Of a stretch of 35,799 nucleotides of DNA, positions 23,757 through 30,989 are shown piece by piece. The DNA is taken from IMG/VR virus record IMGVR_UViG_3300045988_086486, one strand, 5' to 3'. Within the stretch, counting starts at the first letter, position 1. Every line of letters starts with the position of its first letter. The position numbers and the translations under genes are program-made. The stretch is from a virus. A model generated the notes under the pieces. The model was not told the DNA's origin, did no database searches, and saw nothing but the letters and a program-made list of their open reading frames with translations.

Positions 23757-23785
23757 TTGACATTTGCGGGTGTGGGTTGTAATAT
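23757..23785 (+). promoter_or_regulatory. Promoter-like TTGACA-17-TAATAT
   Basis: -35 at 23757-23762 and -10 at 23780-23785. Confidence 0.5.
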
Positions 23786-23786
23786 T

Positions 23787-23848
23787 AAATGCGAAAGGAA
23801 ACGAATTCCCCCGAACGGGAATTACGAACCTTCCGCATTTATTTTTTT
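23787..23848 (+). terminator. Long compound hairpin plus T7 tract (terminator or attenuator)
   Basis: The outer stem pairs AAATGCGAAAGG (23787-23798) with CCTTCCGCATTT (23829-23840). The inner stem pairs AATTCCC with GGGAATT. T7 runs 23842-23848. Confidence 0.6.
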
Positions 23849-23892
23849 ATACCACAAACCACGATAAACCGCAATAGAAACGGGGTGAAGAC

Positions 23893-24144
23893 ATGGCGGG
23901 AAATTATAGGTATCTGGATTTTGAGGATCGAAAGAAGATCGAGGCGTGGCACGCCCGCGGGGATCGCCCGCTTGAAATCGCCGCGCGACTTGGCGTGCAT
24001 ACCGCGACGATCTACCGCGAATTGCAACGAGGCTATACCGGAGAAGCGGACGCGGCGCAACGCGAGATTTACAGCGCGGAGCGGGCGCAAGCGGTGGTTC
24101 GGGAAAACTTCAAGCGCAGAGGGCGAAGAAGTGTAAACCAATAA
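23893..24144 (+). CDS. Stand-alone IS30-type N-terminal HTH protein (transposase-derived regulator or remnant)
   Basis: 83 aa. LDFEDRKKIEAWHARGDRPLEIAARLGVHTATIYRELQRG parallels the N-terminus of the upstream transposase, but it is diverged and lacks a DDE domain. Confidence 0.6.
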   Translation: MAGNYRYLDFEDRKKIEAWHARGDRPLEIAARLGVHTATIYRELQRGYTGEADAAQREIYSAERAQAVVRENFKRRGRRSVNQ

Positions 24145-24164
24145 CGACGAAAGGGTTGTTTATC

Positions 24165-24353
24165 ATGATCTATACGCTTGAAAAGCGGCACGAATTCGGC
24201 GGCGGGACAATGACAACACATTGGGAAGTTCGCAGTTATACGCATGTAACGAAGATCGGCGTGTATGCAGGCGGGAAAACCTTGAAAAGCGGAACAAAGC
24301 CGGAATGCGAAAAGTTTTGCAGGATCAAAGGAATTAAACCGGAAGTGCGATAA
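24165..24353 (+). CDS. Hypothetical protein
   Basis: ATG at 24165 lies 9 nt after GAAAGGG. 62 aa. Confidence 0.35.
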   Translation: MIYTLEKRHEFGGGTMTTHWEVRSYTHVTKIGVYAGGKTLKSGTKPECEKFCRIKGIKPEVR

Positions 24354-24372
24354 AACACGGGAGGTTTTAACG

Positions 24373-24573
24373 GTGACTAATTTTGAAAAGCTGACGCAAT
24401 CCCCCGCGGGGCTTGGGGCATTCCTTCGGGGATTGCCGATTTTAGAAGGGCCGTGGGACGACGAATTTCACAAACGGTATTGCCGGAAGTGCCCTTCTAC
24501 GGATTGCACATATTGTCCGCATGAAAAATTCCGGAATAATCCGGAATGGTGGTTAAACCTAAAAGCACGATAG
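24373..24573 (+). CDS. Hypothetical Cys-rich small protein
   Basis: 66 aa, with a GTG start after GGGAGG. It has a CxxCxxxxCxxC pattern (CRKCPSTDCTYCP). Confidence 0.45.
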   Translation: MTNFEKLTQSPAGLGAFLRGLPILEGPWDDEFHKRYCRKCPSTDCTYCPHEKFRNNPEWWLNLKAR

Positions 24574-24596
24574 GCGCGAAAGGAGCTATTCAAACT

Positions 24597-24776
24597 ATGT
24601 TGATGAAATATGCCGCGATCGTGACTTACACAGACGGGAGCAAAACAGGCGCAACCATAGAGGCACAAAGCGCGGCTAAAGCGTGGAATAAAATATTGAA
24701 TTTGTTTAATCCGGAAACCATATCAGGAATTGAGGTTGCCGCGATATTGGCAGAAGAAAGGGAGTGTAAAGCGTGA
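24597..24776 (+). CDS. Hypothetical protein
   Basis: ATG at 24597 is preceded by the conserved cassette GCGAAAGGAGCTATTCAAACT. Confidence 0.45.
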   Translation: MLMKYAAIVTYTDGSKTGATIEAQSAAKAWNKILNLFNPETISGIEVAAILAEERECKA

Positions 24777-25597
24777 ATTTAGTTTCTTTTGGCGGCGGTA
24801 CGAATAGCACCGCAATGATTATCGGCATGTATCTTCGGAAAATTCCGATTGATCTTATTATCTTCGCAGGCACAGGCGCAGAACAGCCGCACACCTACAA
24901 ATTTATAGAACAGTTCAACGCATGGTTAATAAATCACGGCTTGCCGGAGATCACAACGGTTTACACAACGGATAAAGAGGGCAACCGCCTTTTCCTTGAA
25001 GCGGAATGTTTTGAGCGCAAGACGCTTCCGGCAATCGCTTTCGGGTTTAAGACCTGTTCGCAAAAATATAAAATTCGCCCTACGGAAAAGTTTTTGAACA
25101 ATAACGCGGCATGTAAAGCGGAATGGGCGGCGGGGCGAAAAATTATAAAGTTTATCGGATACGACGCAGGCGAAACACGAAGAGTTCAACACGGCGAGGC
25201 GGCGAACGAACAAAACAAGAAAATTGAAAACCGTTACCCGCTCTATGAATGGGGGTGGGATCGCGCGGAATGCGTGCGTGTGATCCAGCGGGCAGGGCTT
25301 CCGCTTCCTGCAAAATCAAGTTGCTATTTCTGTCCTTCCATGAAGAAGAAGGAAATTCAAGCCCTTTGGGAACAATTCCCTGATCTATTTCAAAAAGCGG
25401 TAGAAATTGAGCGAAACGCCGCAGAAAATTTGAAAACGGCGAAGGGGCTTGGCCGTTCGTGGGCGTGGGGCGACTATTACGCGGAATTTATGCGGGCAAA
25501 GGAGTTTGAAGAAGCGCAAATTTCCTTCGATCAATTATTTCCGGAAACAAAGGGCGGTTGCTTATGTGGTGCGCCGTGTGGTTGCTATGACGGATAA
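24773..25597 (+). CDS. PAPS-reductase-like PP-loop (adenine nucleotide alpha-hydrolase) protein with a C-terminal Cys cluster
   Basis: It has an SFGGGTNS PP-loop near the N-terminus, CYFCP, and a terminal CLCGAPCGC. 274 aa. Confidence 0.7.
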   Translation: MNLVSFGGGTNSTAMIIGMYLRKIPIDLIIFAGTGAEQPHTYKFIEQFNAWLINHGLPEITTVYTTDKEGNRLFLEAECFERKTLPAIAFGFKTCSQKYKIRPTEKFLNNNAACKAEWAAGRKIIKFIGYDAGETRRVQHGEAANEQNKKIENRYPLYEWGWDRAECVRVIQRAGLPLPAKSSCYFCPSMKKKEIQALWEQFPDLFQKAVEIERNAAENLKTAKGLGRSWAWGDYYAEFMRAKEFEEAQISFDQLFPETKGGCLCGAPCGCYDG

Positions 25598-26231
25598 ACA
25601 GACTATGAGCCGCAGACGCAAGCCGCGCCGCCGTTCGCCCCTTCCCTTCCTGCTTCTGGCCGTGGCGGTTGTCGGGTGCGCCTTCGCCGTAGCGGTTGCG
25701 GCAGTGGTTCCGATGGAGGCCGACAGCCCCGGCGGGCAGGATCAAGCGTTCCCCGCGCCTACGCTTGAAGAGGCCGAGCGGGACAAGCTGGACGCACCCG
25801 CGGCGGCAACGCCGACACATACGCCCGCCCCATACATACCGGACGAAGCGGAAGTTGAAATGCTGGCGCGCCTGATATGGGGCGAAGCCCGCGGCATTCC
25901 TTCGGATATGCACAAAGCGGCGGTTGTGTGGTGCGTCCTGAACCGCGTTGACGCGGAAGGCTGGCCGGACACCGTGGCCGAAGTAGTAACACAGCCGCAC
26001 CAATTCGCCGGATATTCGCCGGACTATCCGGCAACAGAGGAATTCAAGGCGATTGCCGCCGATGTGCTGATACGGTGGGAGCGGGAAAAACGGGAAGGCG
26101 GCGAGGTTGGCCGCGTCCTTCCCGCTGAATATGTCTTCTTCACGGGTGATGGAGAAGTAAACCATTTCCGGACGGAATACGAAGGCGGCATGTTTTGGGA
26201 TTGGAGCTTGAAAAATCCATACAGCAGTTAA
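25587..26231 (+). CDS. Cell-wall hydrolase (SleB / Hydrolase_2-like) with an N-terminal signal anchor
   Basis: ATG at 25587. It has a TM helix (LPFLLLAVAVVGCAFAVAVAAVV), then EMLARLIWGEARG..AVVWCVLNRV...QPHQF, which is typical of SleB-like domains. Confidence 0.7.
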   Translation: MTDKQTMSRRRKPRRRSPLPFLLLAVAVVGCAFAVAVAAVVPMEADSPGGQDQAFPAPTLEEAERDKLDAPAAATPTHTPAPYIPDEAEVEMLARLIWGEARGIPSDMHKAAVVWCVLNRVDAEGWPDTVAEVVTQPHQFAGYSPDYPATEEFKAIAADVLIRWEREKREGGEVGRVLPAEYVFFTGDGEVNHFRTEYEGGMFWDWSLKNPYSS

Positions 26232-26252
26232 GCGAAAGGAGCTATTCAAACT

Positions 26253-26573
26253 ATGTCGAAGCAGAAGCAGGACAAGCGGGGCGGCGGCTGGCAGTTCCCC
26301 CGCCCGATCGAAATTATCAAGTGCAAAGAGGGCAACAAAGAATACATGAAGGAACGCCCCGCACGCAAGCCTTACGGAAGGATCGTCAAGGTGTGCGAAT
26401 TCAGCCTTGAAGCCGTCGCAGAGTTTGGCGACGACGACGCGCGGACGGTGTGGAGGCTGGCAAAGCGGGCGGCGCGCGACTTCTTGCGGGTATCGTGGAT
26501 CAATACGGCCATTGTAACCGCCGCGAAAACCGATCGCCCTTATATGGCCGTGATTGTTTACGGCAAATATTAA
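26253..26573 (+). CDS. Hypothetical protein
   Basis: 106 aa. The ATG is preceded by the conserved cassette GCGAAAGGAGCTATTCAAACT. Confidence 0.5.
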   Translation: MSKQKQDKRGGGWQFPRPIEIIKCKEGNKEYMKERPARKPYGRIVKVCEFSLEAVAEFGDDDARTVWRLAKRAARDFLRVSWINTAIVTAAKTDRPYMAVIVYGKY

Positions 26574-26586
26574 GGGGGCGGCGGGA

Positions 26587-26931
26587 ATGTCAAACAAAGC
26601 GGAGCTTTTGAAGAAAATAAAAGCTCTTGCCGATCGGGGCGTTGACGGAGAGCGCGAGAGCGCACAAACCCTTCTTGCCCGCCTGATGGAGCAATACGGG
26701 ATCAGCGAAACCGAGATTGAAGAGGAACGCCGCGAAACAGCATGGTTCCCTTACAGTCAAGAAACCGAACGGCGGTTGTTGAACCAGATCATTTATATGG
26801 TGACAGGTGCGGGCGGCTTCGGGTGCGTTGGCGAATATAGCGGGCGCAAGCGAAAAAGATGGGGACGGAATGCACCGCCGCGGAACGGTTGGAAATCGAA
26901 GCGAATTACGCCTTTTTCAAAGAGGCAATGA
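26587..26931 (+). CDS. DUF2786-like protein, N-terminal part (frame changes near an A5 run at 26853-26857)
   Basis: ATG at 26587. KKIKALADRG..ERESAQTLLARLMEQYGI matches the DUF2786-like helical motif. The last ~24 aa are basic and low-complexity, suggesting an out-of-frame tail. Confidence 0.5.
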   Translation: MSNKAELLKKIKALADRGVDGERESAQTLLARLMEQYGISETEIEEERRETAWFPYSQETERRLLNQIIYMVTGAGGFGCVGEYSGRKRKRWGRNAPPRNGWKSKRITPFSKRQ

Positions 26932-27128
26932 AGAAAGAGCTTGAAATATTTTATTCAGCATTCGCAAGCAAAAACAATCTTTTCCCGCCCGCCGACAAAG
27001 TGAAGCCGCGAAGCATTGAAGAGCTTTCGCCGGAAGAAAAATCCTACTATGCGAAAGTGGGGTTGATGGCCGAAGGCATGGAGCGGCACACATTACGCAA
27101 GGCCATTGCCGCGGGCGAAACCGAGTAA
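26859..27128 (+). CDS. Hypothetical protein, or the C-terminal part of the split DUF2786-like gene
   Basis: This ORF is in the -1 frame relative to 26587. That frame opens only 6 codons before the ATG at 26859. The sequence looks protein-like (ERLEIEANYAFFKEAMKKELEIFY). Confidence 0.5.
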   Translation: MGTECTAAERLEIEANYAFFKEAMKKELEIFYSAFASKNNLFPPADKVKPRSIEELSPEEKSYYAKVGLMAEGMERHTLRKAIAAGETE

Positions 27129-27141
27129 AGGAGGATCACAC

Positions 27142-27438
27142 ATGCAAAGAGCTATTCAAAACACACAGGCGGCCACGCGCCGCCGTTCCCGCCCTCTTCG
27201 GGTAGCGGGAAGCACATTGACGGCGAATGTTGCCTTTACCGTCCTGAAATACGCCGCCCTTACCGCGGCGGGCGTTCTTCTCTTCCGTTGGGGGCAGGGG
27301 TACGCCCTTGCCGAACGCGGATACGAGGCGATCGGCGGTGAAGCGTTGCTTTTAGGGTTGCCGCTGTTCTGGTATCTGACGGAAACCACGATCCGCGATA
27401 CCGTGCGGGACTTCCGGAAGGGAGGCCGCCGCAAATGA
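27142..27438 (+). CDS. Hypothetical membrane protein
   Basis: ATG at 27142 lies after AAAGGAGG. Two hydrophobic helices are present. Confidence 0.45.
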   Translation: MQRAIQNTQAATRRRSRPLRVAGSTLTANVAFTVLKYAALTAAGVLLFRWGQGYALAERGYEAIGGEALLLGLPLFWYLTETTIRDTVRDFRKGGRRK

Positions 27439-28097
27439 AGATAAAGAGCATTGCCGCGATATGCAAGAAAAACAAACAGGTTGTTTTATTCAACCGATAC
27501 AGCGATAGCGGCACAATATCGCAGTACATAGGCGACGGAAACGCGGTTTACCCTATTTCCGGCCTTCCGGAGCTGGACGAAGAAAGCATTTTAACGATCT
27601 TCGATGTGCCGGAGAAACAGCGCGAAGACTGGCTTGTGCGGTATCGTGACATTCCGGAGGGGATCAGCTTCGAGGACACCGACGCAACCGAAAAGATCAT
27701 TGAACAAGGCAACCTTTCGATTGTGTATAGCGGAAAGACCTTGAAGCCCTTGCAGACACGCCGCGGGCTGGTTTTCATCGAAAGCCGCTATTTGTCGCCC
27801 GTTTCAGATGTGCTTGATGTGTTGGAGCTTTACGAGCGGGTAACGCCTTTCGGTGCGCCGTATATCGTGGCAAAAGCGGGCTTTCTGCTTCAAGCGGTAA
27901 TTATGCCGTGTGATGTTATAAGCGCGCAATTCGTCCAACGCCTGCAAGAGCTGACACGGCAATGCGCCGTTTCTCTTGACCTTCGGGAACAGGAGCGGGA
28001 GCGGCAGGCCGCCGCAGAGAGCGCGGGGCAATTCAAGGTTGATCCGGAAACGGGGGCAATCATTGAACCGGAAAGCGAGGCGGGCGACGATGATTAG
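27435..28097 (+). CDS. Hypothetical protein (acidic C-terminus)
   Basis: 220 aa. The start overlaps the preceding stop (ATGA). I recognised no motif. Confidence 0.55.
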   Translation: MKIKSIAAICKKNKQVVLFNRYSDSGTISQYIGDGNAVYPISGLPELDEESILTIFDVPEKQREDWLVRYRDIPEGISFEDTDATEKIIEQGNLSIVYSGKTLKPLQTRRGLVFIESRYLSPVSDVLDVLELYERVTPFGAPYIVAKAGFLLQAVIMPCDVISAQFVQRLQELTRQCAVSLDLREQERERQAAAESAGQFKVDPETGAIIEPESEAGDDD

Positions 28098-28380
28098 GAC
28101 GCAGAGGCATTCCCGCTTTGTGCTGATGTCGCTTGATGAAATCCGCGCCACGCGGGACATTGTATTGCAGACGGAGGAAACGAAAAGCAATTTTTCCGGA
28201 TCGGGCAAAACGGTTTATATTTGCGAAGTTGTGCGCCCTTGCGATTATCAAAAGGAAACGGACACCGCCGCGGACAAGCTGGCCGCAGAGATCGAGCGGG
28301 TAAACGCCGACAACCGCGCCTTGCGCCGGAAGGTTGAACGCCTTGAACGAGAATTACAGAAAGCGAGGGCGGGCGCATGA
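28090..28380 (+). CDS. Hypothetical protein with a C-terminal coiled coil
   Basis: The ATG at 28090 overlaps the preceding gene's end. The C-terminus is AEIERVNADNRALRRKVERLERELQKA. Confidence 0.45.
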   Translation: MIRTQRHSRFVLMSLDEIRATRDIVLQTEETKSNFSGSGKTVYICEVVRPCDYQKETDTAADKLAAEIERVNADNRALRRKVERLERELQKARAGA

Positions 28381-28832
28381 ACAAGGCTTTGTTATCCTCT
28401 AAAAATATGTGCTGGTGTACGCCGCAAGACTTCTTCGACAAGCTGAACGAAGAATTTTCCTTCACGCTGGACGCGGCGGCCACAGACAAAACGGCAAAAT
28501 GCCCGCTATATTTCACGCCGGAAACGGACGGGCTTAAATCCTCTTGGAAGGTTGCGGGGGGGGGTACAGTATTTTGCAATCCCCCGTATGGGCGCGAAAT
28601 CGGCAAGTGGGTTCAAAAGGCATACGAAGAGGCGCAGGCCGGAACGCCGATTGTTCTTCTTATTCCAGCGCGTACCGATACAAGCTATTTCCACGATTTT
28701 ATATACCACAAAGCGGAAATTCGCTTTATTCGTGGGCGGCTTCGGTTTACGGACGACGACGGCAACGCCGCCGATCCCGCGCCCTTCCCCTCTATGCTGG
28801 TGATTTATAACGGAAAGGCGGTGAAATCGTGA
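28377..28832 (+). CDS. Phage DNA N6-adenine methyltransferase (Dam-type)
   Basis: 151 aa. W.TPQDFFD.L..EF.F.LDAAA is followed by the catalytic NPPY motif. Confidence 0.85.
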   Translation: MNKALLSSKNMCWCTPQDFFDKLNEEFSFTLDAAATDKTAKCPLYFTPETDGLKSSWKVAGGGTVFCNPPYGREIGKWVQKAYEEAQAGTPIVLLIPARTDTSYFHDFIYHKAEIRFIRGRLRFTDDDGNAADPAPFPSMLVIYNGKAVKS

Positions 28833-28996
28833 AATACAAGGTTTGCGATCGGCGCGGAAGTCACCTTGACTATGGCGAAACATGCGAATGCGTGAAAGAG
28901 GCCGAACAGGAAGAGAGGGTGCGCAATGCTGAAAATCAGAAGGATCAAAACAGACAAGTTCAAAACCGCGGCGTTTTGGATCGAAAAGCGGGATAA
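28829..28996 (+). CDS. Small Cys-containing protein (VKYKVCDRRGSHLDYGETCEC...)
   Basis: 55 aa. The GTG overlaps the methyltransferase stop (GTGA). This N-terminal C..(C/R)G..LD.GE.C.C pattern recurs in Firmicute phages. It is below the ORF-track length cutoff. Confidence 0.4.
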   Translation: MKYKVCDRRGSHLDYGETCECVKEAEQEERVRNAENQKDQNRQVQNRGVLDRKAG

Positions 28997-29128
28997 CGAA
29001 TACATAGCGTGCCGAACGCTTGTAAATGCCCTTTTGGGTATTGCTTCCACTTCTATTATGAGCAGAGGGCAAGAGGCGTTGAAAAAGGCGTATGAAACGC
29101 GCCGAATTTGAAAGGAGCAGTTCAGACG

Positions 29129-29512
29129 ATGGAAAAACAGGGATTGAACGAGCTTGCCGCGGCGGTACATGAAAATGCCGTTGCGCATGGCTGGTGGGAG
29201 CAGGAACGGGAATTGCCCGAAATCCTTATGCTTTGCGTTTCGGAGCTTGCGGAGGCTTTGGAAGAGTACCGCGCCGGAAAGCCGAACATTTATTACAATG
29301 TCGAAGGCGAAGAAATACTTTATGCGGACGGGGAGGCGTGCGAAAAGCACGAGCGGCGCAAGCCGGAAGGCGTGGCGGTGGAATTGGCCGATTGCATGAT
29401 CCGCATTCTGGACTATTGCGGGCACGCCGGAATTGATATTGAAGAGGCAATACGGATCAAGCACGAATACAACAAAACCCGCCCATATCGTCACGGCGGG
29501 AAGAAATGTTGA
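29129..29512 (+). CDS. MazG-like nucleotide pyrophosphohydrolase
   Basis: ATG at 29129 lies after GAAAGGAG. Motifs: HGWW...SELAEALEEYR...ELADCMIRILDY...K..YN..RPYRHGGK. Confidence 0.75.
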   Translation: MEKQGLNELAAAVHENAVAHGWWEQERELPEILMLCVSELAEALEEYRAGKPNIYYNVEGEEILYADGEACEKHERRKPEGVAVELADCMIRILDYCGHAGIDIEEAIRIKHEYNKTRPYRHGGKKC

Positions 29513-29886
29513 CCGCGGGAGCGGGGCGGCTGGTATCGCCCTTTGCAAATGATCCGTTCGCGTTGGTTGCACTGGCCTTCAAGAACCTTTACCCCGAACG
29601 GGAATACGCGGCCTATTTTGCGCCGGAGGTAGAAGACGGAAGCGGCGGCGCGGCTTGCGGGGTGACAACCTTTCCGGAAGACGGATCGCCGCCCGTTGTG
29701 GAGGTATCCGGAGAAATCCCCATTGCGGCAGGCGTTGAAATATTCGCGCACGAATTGGCGCATGTCGCCACGCCGGAAGATCGGGAGCATGGCGAAGCGT
29801 GGAAGGCCGCCTTTGACCGGATTTTTGAGGAATACAACCGGATCGCGCAAGACCTTTTCGGGGAAGGCGGCGAAGAACCATGCTGA
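29506..29886 (+). CDS. Small HExxH-motif protein (putative metallopeptidase-like)
   Basis: 126 aa containing FAHELAHV. The stop overlaps ATG 29880 of the next ORF. Confidence 0.45.
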   Translation: MLTAGAGRLVSPFANDPFALVALAFKNLYPEREYAAYFAPEVEDGSGGAACGVTTFPEDGSPPVVEVSGEIPIAAGVEIFAHELAHVATPEDREHGEAWKAAFDRIFEEYNRIAQDLFGEGGEEPC

Positions 29887-30038
29887 ACGAGCGGGAGCAG
29901 GCCGCACACGATCCCACGATTGCAGAAACGGCGCAGGGGCTTTCCCTTGCGTTTGAAAAATTGAAAGCCGATATATCACAATCACGCGCCGCCCGCTTTG
30001 TGTTGGCGGTGCTGGAAAAATTGAAAGGAGCTATTCAA

Positions 30039-30956
30039 ATGGAAAAGACTTTGAAAACCGGAAAGATCGGACAGTTTGGTGCAGAAAGCCGCGTTACATA
30101 CGGCGGTGTGAAGTGGGTTGTGCTGGACGCACGCCCGAATATGTCGCTTTGTCTTGCGGAAGATGTGTTGAAGGACGAAAACGGCGAAGTTCGGTACATG
30201 GCTTTCGACACGGACAATAAGAACGATTTTGCCGCCTCTTCCGTCCGCGCTTTCCTGAACGGTGATTTTCTGGAAGAGCTGGCCGCCGCGGGTGCGGACA
30301 AAGAAGCGTTTGTGCCGATCGTCCTTGACCTGACTTCCGACGACGGTTTAGACGATTACGGCACGGACAGCGCAAAGATCGGGCTTATCACGGATCAGAT
30401 GTACCGCGCATTCCACAAAATCATTCCGAAAGCGTCGGAAGACTATTGGACTTGTACCCCGTTTTCAACCGAGCGGAACGGCTATAAAAGTTTTGTGCGC
30501 CATGTCGGCGCTTCGGGGGCGTTGCTCAACAGCGACGCGTACATCGGCCGCGGGGGCGTGCGTCCGCTTTGCGCTCTGAAATCTGATATTTTGGTATCTT
30601 ATGACGAAGGAGAAGTGAACGAGCGCAAGCCGTCGTTCGGTGAAATGATCGGGAAAGCCCTTGCGGAAGGGCTGAACAAGGCCATTTTTGGGGAAGACGA
30701 AGAGCCGAAGGGCATTCTTGCCGAAGCGGAGGCGCAGGCCGCCCGCGAAAAGGAGCAGGAAGACGAAGACCAGAAACGCGCGGACGCGGTGGACATGATG
30801 AAGCACATTGCCGCCGCCTTCGATATTCCGGCCACAATCGGAGAAGGCAAACAGGAAGAGCAGGAAAAAGAAGCAAAACAGCTTTTCGGCTGGTATTCGG
30901 AGCTGAAAAAGGCCGGATTTACCGACGCGCAGGCGTTCGAGCTTATCAAGGGATAA
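30039..30956 (+). CDS. DGR target protein 2 (DUF6273-like variable domain plus acidic helical C-terminal tail)
   Basis: ATG at 30039 is preceded by the conserved cassette GAAAGGAGCTATTCAA. An in-frame alternative start at 29880 overlaps the upstream stop. The gene contains VR2, and its domain end (SGAL..A..G..GVRPLC.LKSDILVS) is shared with target 1. Confidence 0.8.
   Translation: MEKTLKTGKIGQFGAESRVTYGGVKWVVLDARPNMSLCLAEDVLKDENGEVRYMAFDTDNKNDFAASSVRAFLNGDFLEELAAAGADKEAFVPIVLDLTSDDGLDDYGTDSAKIGLITDQMYRAFHKIIPKASEDYWTCTPFSTERNGYKSFVRHVGASGALLNSDAYIGRGGVRPLCALKSDILVSYDEGEVNERKPSFGEMIGKALAEGLNKAIFGEDEEPKGILAEAEAQAAREKEQEDEDQKRADAVDMMKHIAAAFDIPATIGEGKQEEQEKEAKQLFGWYSELKKAGFTDAQAFELIKG
30492..30569 (+). 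repeat. DGR variable repeat 2 (VR2)
   Basis: 78 bp align without gaps to TR 14791-14868. By hand alignment there are 15 mismatches, all at TR adenines, and all non-A positions are identical. Confidence 0.88.
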
Positions 30957-30962
30957 CAGAAA

Positions 30963-30989
30963 AGGCCGCCCCGCACGATGGGGCGGCCT
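30963..30989. terminator. GC-rich hairpin after target 2
   Basis: AGGCCGCCCC / GGGGCGGCCT forms a 10-bp stem with a 7-nt loop. There is no T-run on the + strand, so function is uncertain. Confidence 0.35.

Noticed and set aside
22629-23892. Defined IS30 element boundaries with terminal inverted repeats.
   Set aside because: I could not find a convincing IR pair or target-site duplication by eye in the flanks, so I report only the transposase ORF.
25488-26597. A 369-aa minus-strand ORF lies opposite the SleB-like gene and the following genes.
   Set aside because: It is an antisense shadow that is Arg-rich and spans several plus-strand genes and their RBS cassettes.
28926-29111. A 61-aa ORF overlaps the small Cys protein gene.
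   Set aside because: It overlaps 28829..28996 by 70 nt in another frame, with no clear RBS. One of the two may be spurious. I kept the one with a recognisable motif and a coupled start.
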